Positions 10,370-20,449 of a stretch of DNA of 64,000 nt are shown here, piece after piece. The DNA comes from a virus (lineage: Duplodnaviria; Caudoviricetes). Location: positions 100,552-164,551 of IMG/VR virus record IMGVR_UViG_3300011429_000087; one strand, given 5' to 3'. Every line of letters begins with the position of its first letter. Position 1 is the stretch's first letter. A program made the translations under genes and the position numbers. A model generated the notes under the pieces. The model did not search any database. It was not told the DNA's origin and was given only the letters and a program-made list of their open reading frames with translations.

Positions 10370-10834
10370 TCAGTAACCATTCTTTCCTCCAAAAAATGAG
10401 TCTCGTAATTTCTGCACTCTTTTATTATGCTTTTTATTAAAAGACTGTTCCATCGAATTAACTAAAGATTGTTTGGCGGTAGGATCTAACATCCTTGTGC
10501 GACCACCCAAAAGCACCTTATCTAATTGTCCCGCTTCTTTCTTCTTAAAAAGGGCAATCCCGTAAAGACTAGACAACATTTGATTGCTAATACGTTTCGC
10601 TTCTCGTGTCCAATCATCTAATACAGTAACTATTCCACTCATATCATCAATTAGTCTACTATCATTGAAGAATGTGATGTTATCCCTTTGAGCTTCTAGC
10701 TCTGGTAATAGCAAGATAAAGGCCCAATATGCCCGCCTAATTGGATCAATTTCGGGATTAATAAGAGTGGAATATATTTCTATACCCTGTCCTACTATAT
10801 AGTAGGAGTCTGCATTAAAGTAACAATTAATCAT
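10370..10834 (-). CDS. Hypothetical protein
   Basis: 154-aa ORF overlapping its neighbours. Confidence 0.55.
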   Translation of the reverse strand: MINCYFNADSYYIVGQGIEIYSTLINPEIDPIRRAYWAFILLLPELEAQRDNITFFNDSRLIDDMSGIVTVLDDWTREAKRISNQMLSSLYGIALFKKKEAGQLDKVLLGGRTRMLDPTAKQSLVNSMEQSFNKKHNKRVQKLRDSFFGGKNGY

Positions 10835-11346
10835 TCTGCTTTAATATTAAGAGATTCGGCTTTAGTTCTCGCCGATTTATATGGAAGCGGCTCGTTACAG
10901 TCTCGACAGATTTGAGTTACCTTACTAGAACCAGACTCTATTCTCGCTGGGGTTCTATTCATATGAAGACATGGCTTACCATTCTTGTCAGTCCCTTTTG
11001 GGAGGGCATCATTAAAGACACCGGGGGTAGTTTCTACGTCTGGTTCCTTATATGTTCTACTGGGGATTTTTCTTACAGAACCGTCTGGAAGTTCCAGTGT
11101 ATCGGCGTCTGCCGTAGCCTCCGTCCGATTTTCAGGAGTGCCACGTTTAGCAACTGGAGCGGCTCCATTTAATTGGGCTAGCCCGTCACGCGATATGAAG
11201 ACTTTTTCTAATAGTTCTTTGCATACAGAGCATATATCATAACTACGGCCAGTCTTTTTACCCTTGCTAGGTTTAATAGTTAACTGATTATCTAAATCGG
11301 CCTCTTTTTTACATAGATCACATTCTTCAACAAGTCTCTTAGCCAT
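10831..11346 (-). CDS. Hypothetical Zn-finger protein
   Basis: CDLC...CSVC and CxH...CRDC motifs. Confidence 0.55.
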   Translation of the reverse strand: MAKRLVEECDLCKKEADLDNQLTIKPSKGKKTGRSYDICSVCKELLEKVFISRDGLAQLNGAAPVAKRGTPENRTEATADADTLELPDGSVRKIPSRTYKEPDVETTPGVFNDALPKGTDKNGKPCLHMNRTPARIESGSSKVTQICRDCNEPLPYKSARTKAESLNIKAE

Positions 11347-11571
11347 TTTTATTATCCTCAAAATCTAGTCCACTATTTTCATCATCTTCTTGGGCCTCTT
11401 GATGCGAATCTCGCATGGCTTCCATTTCAGCTTCATAACTAAAAATAGCAATTGCTAGATTACTAGCGGCGATAATTACACTACCATTATCTGTGACACT
11501 AGGAATATTTGTATGAACAATCCCTAACGCCTCCTTAAAGGAGGCTTCCATAATATCTTTTGCAGTACGCA

Positions 11572-12195
11572 TTATTTTCTCCGATTCATTCGCTTATGGA
11601 TCTTAGCCATCTTGCGACGTTTTTCCTTTGCTTTATTGATACGGTAATCACGTTCGTCATTGAGTCGCTCGTTCTTTTCCATTTGACGTTCCATATGATC
11701 ATTAATCATACGTCCGCTTAAATGATCCATTTCATGTGCGACAATTTTGGCTTCGAGCCCACGAAACTCAGTCGTATGCTGCATTCCAAAAATATCAAAG
11801 TATGACAGAACGACGGCTTTTGGGCGGGCGATCATAGCAACCATGTTCGGGAGCGATAGGCAGCCTTCAGCCTTGCGTGTGACCGCTCGGCTAGCGGACA
11901 CGATGGTTGGATTAATGCATTCGATTACGCTACCGTCGGTTCTCTTCATAATAAAGAGGCTGCGTGCAATACCAATCTGAACACCAGCCAATCCCACGGC
12001 ATCATCACCCAACTTCACTAACTCTTCCTTCATTTTTTGAACAATAGATAAATCCTCTGGGGCCAAAGGTATATCGCACGGCAATGACTTTTGTTCTAGA
12101 ACTGGGAATCGCATATCGAAGTGCGTGATAATAAGAGGTGGTACTGCTGCGGGTACGAGTTGTGTTTCGGTCGCTACTGGTTGGCTATCCATCAT
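11572..12195 (-). CDS. def: Peptide deformylase
   Basis: VGLAGVQIG, EGCLS and HEMDH motifs. Confidence 0.95.
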   Translation of the reverse strand: MMDSQPVATETQLVPAAVPPLIITHFDMRFPVLEQKSLPCDIPLAPEDLSIVQKMKEELVKLGDDAVGLAGVQIGIARSLFIMKRTDGSVIECINPTIVSASRAVTRKAEGCLSLPNMVAMIARPKAVVLSYFDIFGMQHTTEFRGLEAKIVAHEMDHLSGRMINDHMERQMEKNERLNDERDYRINKAKEKRRKMAKIHKRMNRRK

Positions 12196-12941
12196 GAGAT
12201 TACCTCTGTTCCATTTTCAGTAATTAATAATGTGTGCTCAAAATGAGCACTGATAAAATCATATTTACTTGCCCAAGTCCAGCCGTCTGGAGAAAGTTCG
12301 TGACCCACCGAGGGTTGATCTAAGAAAATCGGTTCAACACAAATTGTAGTTCCAACGGCTAGACGTTGAGTTTGCAATTGTCTAATTGTGCCGTCATCCA
12401 GCCCTTTTAACGAATGAAATATAGTGGGCTCCATATGAACCGTTGTGCCAATTCCATGTCCACAAAAATCGTTTAAAATATAAATGTCACGACCAGCGGT
12501 TAATCTATCGCCTAACTCGGCTAATTGATAAAGAGAAAAATCAGGATGAATATGTTGGATCATGATTTTGAATATGTCCTCACAATCCCGTACGAATTTT
12601 AACCTTTCTTTAGAGGCATGACCGATAATATCGGTCATTGCCGCATCAACATTCCAACTATAATATTTAGTGCCAATATCAATAGTAAGAATATCACCAT
12701 CTTCTATCTTACGATCATTTGGGATGCCGTGGACTATCTCCTCAGTAAGACAGATACATGCTTCACCTGGGAAACCAAGATAGTGAAGAAATGCTGGTTC
12801 GCAGCCATGACTGCGAATAAAATCCCCGAGACGAGTTGACAGTTCTCGTTTAGTCATTCCGGGGACGGCGACTTCGAATCCGTATTCTATGGCGTCTCTA
12901 TTTACCTTGCCAGCGTATCGCATTGCGTCCAGTTTATTCAT
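12192..12941 (-). CDS. map: Methionine aminopeptidase type I
   Basis: HGIP, IDIG, VDAA, CGHGIG..HMEP, CVEP, SAHFEHT metal ligands. Confidence 0.95.
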   Translation of the reverse strand: MNKLDAMRYAGKVNRDAIEYGFEVAVPGMTKRELSTRLGDFIRSHGCEPAFLHYLGFPGEACICLTEEIVHGIPNDRKIEDGDILTIDIGTKYYSWNVDAAMTDIIGHASKERLKFVRDCEDIFKIMIQHIHPDFSLYQLAELGDRLTAGRDIYILNDFCGHGIGTTVHMEPTIFHSLKGLDDGTIRQLQTQRLAVGTTICVEPIFLDQPSVGHELSPDGWTWASKYDFISAHFEHTLLITENGTEVIS

Positions 12942-13858
12942 GTTGATCTATGCTTGTCGTAAAGGCTACGCCCATTATATATCTCGTCAGTAAATTTATT
13001 GGCTAAAAACACTATACGTGCTTCAATAGTCATACACTGTTCTAGATTATCTGCTAGACAGGCGTTTTGGAGGGCCAGCTTCTTAGCTTCGGGGATAATT
13101 AACTTTAAATCTGATTCTGTGCTAATTAAAATATGATTGGCCCACATAGCACTTAAATATCTAATCCCTAGCAAATGAGCGGAATCCTGTGGAATAAAAT
13201 TAGTCCCGTTAGTCTGAAAACCCGATATAAAGCCTATATTCCTTAAGAGACAGGCCGCGATTACAAGCGATCGGTCTATTCGGATGTCCACAGACGGCTC
13301 CCAACCCGTCTCAACCATTCCTAGGGCAACTTTGAGCGTTAGGGCCGTATGCGTCAGTAGGCCGCCACGATGGGCTAGCGGGCCACTGTCACCGTAAGCA
13401 TTACTAGACATCATGTCTATTAATCTTACGTGCTGACAAGTATTATTGATAATATCCCTATAATGAGGGTCATCAATATCTGCTATGACTTTCTCTACAT
13501 CCTCTTTAAGAACGCCGAGCACATGATCGTTTGGGCCGGGCACATAATCGGTTAAATTTTCAATCTGATCTTTGAATGCCGCTATATTCTTAGCTACAAA
13601 TGTTCTCTCATTATTATACGATTCAACAACAATAGTCATACTAACGAATTTTCCGGGCACAAAATCCTGTTCGGATTCATCAATTTGCAAATCCCAAACA
13701 CAGCCACGGAGCGATCCTGTGACATCCTTTACCGTTATCAATACGAACTTTTTACCTTCGCTTTTCTTAGAAGTTTTGTTCGCAACGGCGGATATTAAGA
13801 ATATCTGGCTATAAGTTTGACCGACTTGTAATGCCCGAATTGGGACATACTCTTGCAT
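12938..13858 (-). CDS. YhaM/CBF1-like OB-fold + HD-fold protein with degenerate HD motif
   Basis: KDVTGSLRGCVWD OB fold; HRGGLLTHT; LLRNIG where LLHDIG is expected. Confidence 0.65.
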   Translation of the reverse strand: MQEYVPIRALQVGQTYSQIFLISAVANKTSKKSEGKKFVLITVKDVTGSLRGCVWDLQIDESEQDFVPGKFVSMTIVVESYNNERTFVAKNIAAFKDQIENLTDYVPGPNDHVLGVLKEDVEKVIADIDDPHYRDIINNTCQHVRLIDMMSSNAYGDSGPLAHRGGLLTHTALTLKVALGMVETGWEPSVDIRIDRSLVIAACLLRNIGFISGFQTNGTNFIPQDSAHLLGIRYLSAMWANHILISTESDLKLIIPEAKKLALQNACLADNLEQCMTIEARIVFLANKFTDEIYNGRSLYDKHRST

Positions 13859-14045
13859 ATTTACTTTCCCGTAAATGGAATCTTTGGACCGGAAATAGTT
13901 CTTATCTGTTTCATCTTGCACTGACTACATTTTGCCGTTGTCAAAATCACAATATCAAGTTCTTCGTCAGGATTTAAAGTGATCGACTTGTCTTCGTGTA
14001 AGAATTTAACATTACAACTGCGACATTCTTTAATCGTGAACGACT

Positions 14046-14582
14046 TCATTTGCCCTCTCTTCGCATTGTTCTACGCATCTTTTCGATCGTCTTGTCTAGA
14101 TGCTGACTAATGGTTGCAGATGAAACCCGAGTTATATTGGCGATATCCTTCACTCTTGCTTCTTTGAAGAAACGTTCTTCAATAAGTGTTCGCTCATGAT
14201 CGGTCAATTCTGAAGTAACATACTCAATAAAGTCGCGACATTCGACCATACCAATACCAGAAATATTAGGTGGGTTGGCGTCGATGCGACCATCACAAAT
14301 ATCTTCATTAACAACAGTATTGACCTTGCCACGAAGTTTTGTCTGACGTTTGACGTATTTTAATAATTCGTGATACACGTATGTATATGCGTATGTTATG
14401 AACTTAACACCCTTAGAAGGGTCGAATCCTTTATTGGCCTTGAGCAACGCCAGCCATGCTTCCTGTTTGAGATCGCTATTGCTGCACGTAGCTTTATGTA
14501 ATTTAGCAATATGGGAAAAGCCATTAGCCATTTTGTTTATGAAGGGTTCCCACTTGGTGGTATCGAATTGTTCTGTATGCAT
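14046..14582 (-). CDS. Sigma70-family RNA polymerase sigma factor (regions 2 and 4)
   Basis: DLKQEAWLALLKA..FDPSKGVKFITYAY; C-terminal HTH. Confidence 0.85.
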   Translation of the reverse strand: MHTEQFDTTKWEPFINKMANGFSHIAKLHKATCSNSDLKQEAWLALLKANKGFDPSKGVKFITYAYTYVYHELLKYVKRQTKLRGKVNTVVNEDICDGRIDANPPNISGIGMVECRDFIEYVTSELTDHERTLIEERFFKEARVKDIANITRVSSATISQHLDKTIEKMRRTMRREGK

Positions 14583-14959
14583 GTATGATCTTCCAGAATT
14601 TGTGTTAATAAAATGTTAATGTAGACTTCTCGTTGCGTGGTTGTTAAATTCTTGAACTCTAGAACGATAGCTCCATTTCCGTTTACTGGCCTACTCTCTA
14701 ATACATCTGAGGGAGTATCGTATTCGAAGAATGATGCACCGTCTTTACTAAGAGCGTTTACTTTTTGTATCTCCGTATGGCTATCGTATAGACGCCACAT
14801 TGCCTCTAAAAATTGACCGAAACGAATTTTGCGTGTTACTTGATCTCCATATTTGGGGGTAATATTTAAAGAGATCGGCATATCATCCGAGATATGCTGT
14901 TCTCCTCTAGCCTTTTCGAATTCCCCCTTGATTACAACCCAATTAATATTCTTTAGCAT
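14537..14959 (-). CDS. Hypothetical protein
   Basis: ORF with GGAGG SD. Confidence 0.5.
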   Translation of the reverse strand: MLKNINWVVIKGEFEKARGEQHISDDMPISLNITPKYGDQVTRKIRFGQFLEAMWRLYDSHTEIQKVNALSKDGASFFEYDTPSDVLESRPVNGNGAIVLEFKNLTTTQREVYINILLTQILEDHTCIQNNSIPPSGNPS

Positions 14960-14994
14960 AGCAGTTCCTCCAGGGTTGGGAGTGACGGGACATA

Positions 14995-16242
14995 TTAAAT
15001 AATACACTCATTCACGGCTGCCACCGTCCCGTCTTCAATATAAAAACCCATTTTCCCCGAATCATCGACGCATTCTATCCATACTTGAAAGTCTCCATCT
15101 TTAGCGATTTCATCAATTAATACGAGGTTTTCCTTATCTAGCAGAGAGCCATCTTTGATTCGAATAACTCGTAGTTCTGGATTGGCGGCCATTGCCAATA
15201 CCATAGAGATTTTAATCTGTTGAGACGTTGATAATTGTGATAATGGTTGATCTTTAAAGGTCACGCCCTCATCACCGATTCTTAACCCATCAATAGGAAG
15301 TTCAGACTTTTCGATAGCGGTCTGACGTTCCATTTGAATAGCATTTAAACCAGACTCTATTTCACTTACGCGATTCTGTATTGTATTGATCTTTGTTGTA
15401 ATATCGTTATACGTCTTTATCTCACGAACTCTAGCATTAATTTCTCCTGCCCGACGGATTTTATCTTCTATTTCTGCTATCCTTGATCTTAGTGGGGAGC
15501 TATCTACTGGAGAAGTAGTGTCATATAATGCCTGTAGTCTATCTAATTCCGTTTTTAATGTATTGATTCGATTTGATAAATCAGTTCTATCAATCGTCTT
15601 CCGATCTGATTCGGCCAGATCCCTCTTAAGATTATTTAGTTCATCTAATAGTGCGGCAGTATCTACCTCACCTAACGAAGCATCAGTTGGTGGGGCAATA
15701 TTACTAATGTTAGCCGTGAGGGCTTTTGCTTCACGATGTAAGTCGGTACGTTCGGTATATAAAGCTTGATGTTTCGCGTCTAGTTCTACTAGATTTAACT
15801 TACTAATCTCCGCGAGCATTTCTCTTTGTTCTTTTGGAGTCTTACGCATAAACTCTAAAGGATCGAATGATAGGGAACCAATAAAGCTGTCAATCAATGC
15901 CTGGGGGCTCTTTACCGTGTCACCATTAGCTCGCTCAACCGTAAGACGGGTCGTTACTTCTTCTTCGCCGTTAAGGCGGAATTGTCGAGTAACGCGATAG
16001 TCGCCCATGTCAACAATAATCATGGCGTGATCTGTACCGTCCCTAATGGGCATGGGATTGATCTTGCTGGCGACAGACCACTTTAAGGCAAGCCAGAAAG
16101 AATCTAGGACGGAGCTTTTTCCTTGTTCGTTTTTGCCCGAAATAATAACCGTGCTTCCTTTGGGGGAAATGTCAACGGCTTTCAGCCTTTTAATATTTTC
16201 GGCAAAGAGATTAATGATTCTGAGGGACACTCTTATCTCCAA
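14995..16242 (-). CDS. SMC/SbcC/RecN-like coiled-coil ABC ATPase
   Basis: GKNEQGKSS Walker A, coiled coil, LSTSQ signature, IRIKDGSLLD Walker B. Confidence 0.85.
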   Translation of the reverse strand: MEIRVSLRIINLFAENIKRLKAVDISPKGSTVIISGKNEQGKSSVLDSFWLALKWSVASKINPMPIRDGTDHAMIIVDMGDYRVTRQFRLNGEEEVTTRLTVERANGDTVKSPQALIDSFIGSLSFDPLEFMRKTPKEQREMLAEISKLNLVELDAKHQALYTERTDLHREAKALTANISNIAPPTDASLGEVDTAALLDELNNLKRDLAESDRKTIDRTDLSNRINTLKTELDRLQALYDTTSPVDSSPLRSRIAEIEDKIRRAGEINARVREIKTYNDITTKINTIQNRVSEIESGLNAIQMERQTAIEKSELPIDGLRIGDEGVTFKDQPLSQLSTSQQIKISMVLAMAANPELRVIRIKDGSLLDKENLVLIDEIAKDGDFQVWIECVDDSGKMGFYIEDGTVAAVNECII

Positions 16243-16847
16243 TAGAAATTAAATGTAGACGCTTCCAGCACATCATCATCACAGTGTTGCGACATCTGAT
16301 GATATAATTCTAGGTCGTGATCCTCCACATTCTTGCCGTTCCAGCCAGCGGTCTTTTTAAAGACATTAAGCGTGTGACTCATACCGCCACAGGTGACATT
16401 ATCTACGATACCAATTCTTTTTGATTCCTTTCTGGAACTTCTAGGGCTGCGGTGTTTAAACTTCCAAAGATCGCCGAATGAATAGAATAGCTCAAATTTT
16501 GGGTTTTCCTCATTTAAGAGGATAAAATGATTGAATCTCTCTAATCTATCTTTATGCCAAGTATCATCATCGTCGATATAGCAAATCCAATCACAGTCTG
16601 GTGGTACAAACTGTATTGCATAATTACGGGCCGACGCTCCACTATCCTCTGAGCAAACTAAATTGCCCGGCGAAATATGAACGATACGTTTGTCTATATA
16701 TTGTGGAGCAATGCTTTCGAAGACGTTATGGCGGTCATAACTGATTATTAAAGTGAATTCTGGATAGGTCTGTACTAATACGGAGTCGATCGACTCTTTT
16801 AAAGATTCCCGACCAATCGTTGGCAGGATGATTGCAAACTTATTCAT
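16233..16847 (-). CDS. Glycosyltransferase family 2
   Basis: IILPTIGR..SVLVQTY; GASARN; YIDDDD; EDHDL. Confidence 0.85.
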   Translation of the reverse strand: MNKFAIILPTIGRESLKESIDSVLVQTYPEFTLIISYDRHNVFESIAPQYIDKRIVHISPGNLVCSEDSGASARNYAIQFVPPDCDWICYIDDDDTWHKDRLERFNHFILLNEENPKFELFYSFGDLWKFKHRSPRSSRKESKRIGIVDNVTCGGMSHTLNVFKKTAGWNGKNVEDHDLELYHQMSQHCDDDVLEASTFNFYWR

Positions 16848-17391
16848 GCTTACTCTTTCTATGTTTGTTTCTATTACACATTAAACAATATCTTTTATTA
16901 TTATAAATTTTTGTATTGTCTATTGAATATTCGTGTCCTTTTGGACAATGTGTTTTCTTTTTATTATCTTGTCCGACAAAATCTTTGTTTTTATGATACC
17001 ATTGAAGACATTTAATTTTTTGACACTCTTTACAAATTCTATTACCGTTTGATTTTAATTTGAGATTGTCTCCACTAAATGGATGACCATATATACAGTG
17101 AGTTTTCTTTGCATTAATGGCCGGAGGTGCTATTCCACGTAATATATTCTCTTTATTTGAAACAGGTTCAAGATGTTTAGGATTGATACATTTAGTATTT
17201 CTACACAAATGATCTATTACTTTTCCATCCTTTATAATTCTGTCAGTAAATAGTTCTATTGCTAATCTATGAACTGGGATAGTTATAATAGCATAACCAT
17301 TTTTAATTCTATCTTGCCATTCCCAACATTTAGTTTGTTTATTTTTCTTTGCCTTTTTTAAGATACGTTTCTTAATATCACTTTTAGCCAA
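16840..17391 (-). CDS. HNH homing endonuclease with C-terminal KTHC..GH Zn modules
   Basis: CWEW, IDHLCRN..CINP.HLEPV...EN. Confidence 0.9.
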   Translation of the reverse strand: MAKSDIKKRILKKAKKNKQTKCWEWQDRIKNGYAIITIPVHRLAIELFTDRIIKDGKVIDHLCRNTKCINPKHLEPVSNKENILRGIAPPAINAKKTHCIYGHPFSGDNLKLKSNGNRICKECQKIKCLQWYHKNKDFVGQDNKKKTHCPKGHEYSIDNTKIYNNKRYCLMCNRNKHRKSKHE

Positions 17392-17872
17392 TCAATTTTC
17401 TCCATACGAACATTTGCGTTGGTACGCGATAACATTTTTTGCCACCCATACCACCCCAACTCACTATTTCACACATATCAATTATTTTTAACATCATGAC
17501 ATTTTTAATGAGAGTAAACTCTGGCATGTCGGTTTCCCATCCATTTACTATTAAAATTGTTGCCTTCTGTTTAATATAGGATTTTAGTTGTCCAACTTTT
17601 AAGTGAAATCTAGTTTTTAGGAACGGGTTACAAAATTTTACTTCTATTTTTCCAAAATTTTCTACTTCGAAGTCGGCTGTAGAATCTACGTCGGCATCCT
17701 TAAGAAACTTACCATCTCTTCCAGCGGCTAAATTACTGTAGGACGGTCTAGTAAGCCCGTCCTTTTGAAGAAGGTCTATCCAAAGTTTTAGAATAGTCTC
17801 TTCGGTTTTTGAAGCTTCTTTAATGTCTTGTTTGAACTTATCTTTACTTCTTTTATCGAAGCGATAATTCAT
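17384..17872 (-). CDS. PD-(D/E)xK nuclease-like protein
   Basis: ADF.....IEVK motif. Confidence 0.5.
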   Translation of the reverse strand: MNYRFDKRSKDKFKQDIKEASKTEETILKLWIDLLQKDGLTRPSYSNLAAGRDGKFLKDADVDSTADFEVENFGKIEVKFCNPFLKTRFHLKVGQLKSYIKQKATILIVNGWETDMPEFTLIKNVMMLKIIDMCEIVSWGGMGGKKCYRVPTQMFVWRKLIG

Positions 17873-18080
17873 TGTTTACCATATATCTTTCTCAGACGTT
17901 CTATACCATCAACATATGCACGCATCATCTCTACAACATTAGCAGAATTATAATCGTGTTCTGGATAATAATGTAATGTAAGACTTAGTTCTTCACAGGC
18001 TTTATCAAGTCTATCATCATCAGTTAATGGTTTGTCTGGAGCACATCCTGTTGAGATTAGAAACGATAGCAACAACTTTT

Positions 18081-18647
18081 TCATGCGGTTGCTCCTAATA
18101 ACTGACGAAATTTAATAAGAAGTTTTGCAGTAGCAACAACATCGAATAAAGCTTGGTGATAACCGCCTTTAACTTCCTTCATGTCAATATCAAAGAATTT
18201 TACACATTGTTTAAGAGATGTGCCAGGAGGTGCTTTAGCTCCACCCATCATTAGTTGGATACAAGGATATGTATCTAAGTAACGGTACGTCAGAATCCTA
18301 TCAATATTCTGAGGTTCAACACCAAAAATCCAGTGGGCTAAGAATCTAAGATCAAAGTGTAGGTTATGACCACCAATTAATGAACATTGGTGAGTTACCC
18401 ACGCATCCATTAATTTTTCCGCAATCTCTTCTGGAGTCATTCCTGTGGCCTGACACTCTGCCACAGATAGGCCGTTTACGGCCAAAGCTTCTTGCTCAAC
18501 ATTATAGCTAGGGAGTTTAATAAGAGTGGAGAACTGATTAAGAATCTCTCCCTTGTCTAGATCAACTACACAGAATGCTATTGACAGTGGAGAATGCTTC
18601 TTATAGTCTAATCCCCCACTTTCAAAATCTAGGATTAATGCCTTCAT
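18081..18647 (-). CDS. DEDDh 3'-5' exonuclease
   Basis: LDFESGGL, GHNLHFDL, HQALFDV. Confidence 0.9.
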   Translation of the reverse strand: MKALILDFESGGLDYKKHSPLSIAFCVVDLDKGEILNQFSTLIKLPSYNVEQEALAVNGLSVAECQATGMTPEEIAEKLMDAWVTHQCSLIGGHNLHFDLRFLAHWIFGVEPQNIDRILTYRYLDTYPCIQLMMGGAKAPPGTSLKQCVKFFDIDMKEVKGGYHQALFDVVATAKLLIKFRQLLGATA

Positions 18648-18904
18648 TTTTATTCCTTTATTATAACAATTCGATTACTACAAAGTTTAATAGCATCTTC
18701 TACAATCTGTCCTATTCTAGAATATCCACCAAAACCGTTATAATATTTGATAAACTCTGTAGAGACAGTATCTTGAAAATGTTCTTGTACTGGAACTCCG
18801 CGTAGTGACACAATGTTTCCATCACTAATTGCCAATAGTATTTGTTTTATTGCTTGATCAACAGTTAGCATGTGGGGGTATCCTTTTAAAATCGCCTTGC
18901 AAGA

Positions 18905-18932
18905 AGTATATCACCAGAACTTAATTAGTCAA
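18905..18932 (-). promoter_or_regulatory. sigma70-type promoter TTGACT-N16-TATACT
   Basis: Direct match in an intergenic gap. Confidence 0.7.
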
Positions 18933-19475
18933 GTGAAATCATATATCTCTATTAAAGTGTGATCTGGTTTTATAATTCCTAGATTATAATATTGCCATGT
19001 GTGAGATATAGAAAAACACGTATAACCATTTGATTCTAAAGTGGTGGTAATTTTGTTTATATTGGCGTGATGCCTTAATAGGACTGATGGAAATTTAAAT
19101 GCATGGCCTTCTCCACTCTCACAAGAACCTATTGTATCAATTCCATTTTTTCTTAGGCATATAACTGCATGACGTATACCGGGGTCTATTTTATGTATAT
19201 CAAAATTTTGATTATTCATTCTAACTTGTCGGTTCTCAATAAATGTATTCCACTCTAACATTTTGTGTATTCCCGGTATTATTTCAAAATTCTAGGAGTC
19301 CCACCAAAATCAATTGGAACTAGGAGGTGATTGTGCGGGGGGCTGTACATTACTTATGGCAATAAGTTGCCCAAAGATTATATATACATCGGGTAGCGAG
19401 CTACCCTTGTATACAACGTTCTCGTTAGTCATTAACTGAATGAGTAGGCGAGACTGATCGCCAGTTAAGCTTACA

Positions 19476-20195
19476 TTATTTTCCACGCAGCAATTCTCCT
19501 ATATCGGCTGCTATCCTAGCGGCCTCTCTTTTAAGATCCTCTAATGTACCATTATTATCAATAACGATATGTCTTGGTTTATTCCATTCATAGCTATCTA
19601 GTGCCGTCTCTGAGAGATGGTTATCTACATGTCGGGTGTTACGTTTTATGCGGACAACTAGTCCGCCATTCTTTAAAGCTTCTTCGATTTCATTAGAAAA
19701 TCTTAGATCGGCGATCAGTACCACGTCTGCCGGACAATTAATACCAGAAATAGGTTCAATTATCTTCCACGTCTGTTTAAAGGGATACTCCGCCCACAAA
19801 TTCTGATATACTCTTTCACGGAATATATCGCTACCCATGATTTGAAGTAATTCGCGGTGAGTCATGGGGCCAGTTCTTAATTTATAATAGAATCGTTCCC
19901 CATCCCAAGATCCATCCTTTCCGGCCCTATCCAGGGTGTATTTCTCTCGCACCCCTTCTGGAAAACCGTCCCACATAACTTCTGTCAGTGTTTCCTTATC
20001 TTCATTGCTACCATATATCTTTGTCTTATCGAGTCCGAAAAGCTGAATACATATTTCCTTAAGAGGATCTGCAAAGTGTGTAATGGCAACACCTAATTGG
20101 TGATCGCCAGCAAGCCGGGCCATTAATTGACGAGCTAGTTCATCCTTCCCCGAACCTTTTTTACCTGAAATAGCAATGAATAACGGCTTCTTCAT
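19476..20195 (-). CDS. Deoxynucleoside monophosphate kinase (T4 gp1-like)
   Basis: SGKKGSGKD, FADPLKE, RELLQIMG, DLRFSNE, HLSE, IDNNGT. Confidence 0.9.
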   Translation of the reverse strand: MKKPLFIAISGKKGSGKDELARQLMARLAGDHQLGVAITHFADPLKEICIQLFGLDKTKIYGSNEDKETLTEVMWDGFPEGVREKYTLDRAGKDGSWDGERFYYKLRTGPMTHRELLQIMGSDIFRERVYQNLWAEYPFKQTWKIIEPISGINCPADVVLIADLRFSNEIEEALKNGGLVVRIKRNTRHVDNHLSETALDSYEWNKPRHIVIDNNGTLEDLKREAARIAADIGELLRGK

Positions 20196-20449
20196 AGGAT
20201 GTCTCCGTTCTTTTCTATACACTCGTTTTCATAAATTACGGTTAGCCGCCGGTACAGTTCCAGCTTGGCACACTCCAGAGCCCCAATAACCGTATTGTGA
20301 GCGGCATAGTTCCCCCCAAGTCTCTTGACCATATCCCAGGCAAGGCGGCTAACGCAATAATTAAACTCGCCGGGAGAAATGATGTTGGCATTAAGAGAAT
20401 CGAGATAGAAGTCAAAACGCTTACGATCTTTAATAGGAATGTATGGCAT
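20192..20449 (-). CDS. Conserved phage hypothetical protein
   Basis: MPYI...GEFNY...IGALECAKLELYRR...YE...NGD pattern. Confidence 0.6.
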   Translation of the reverse strand: MPYIPIKDRKRFDFYLDSLNANIISPGEFNYCVSRLAWDMVKRLGGNYAAHNTVIGALECAKLELYRRLTVIYENECIEKNGDIL

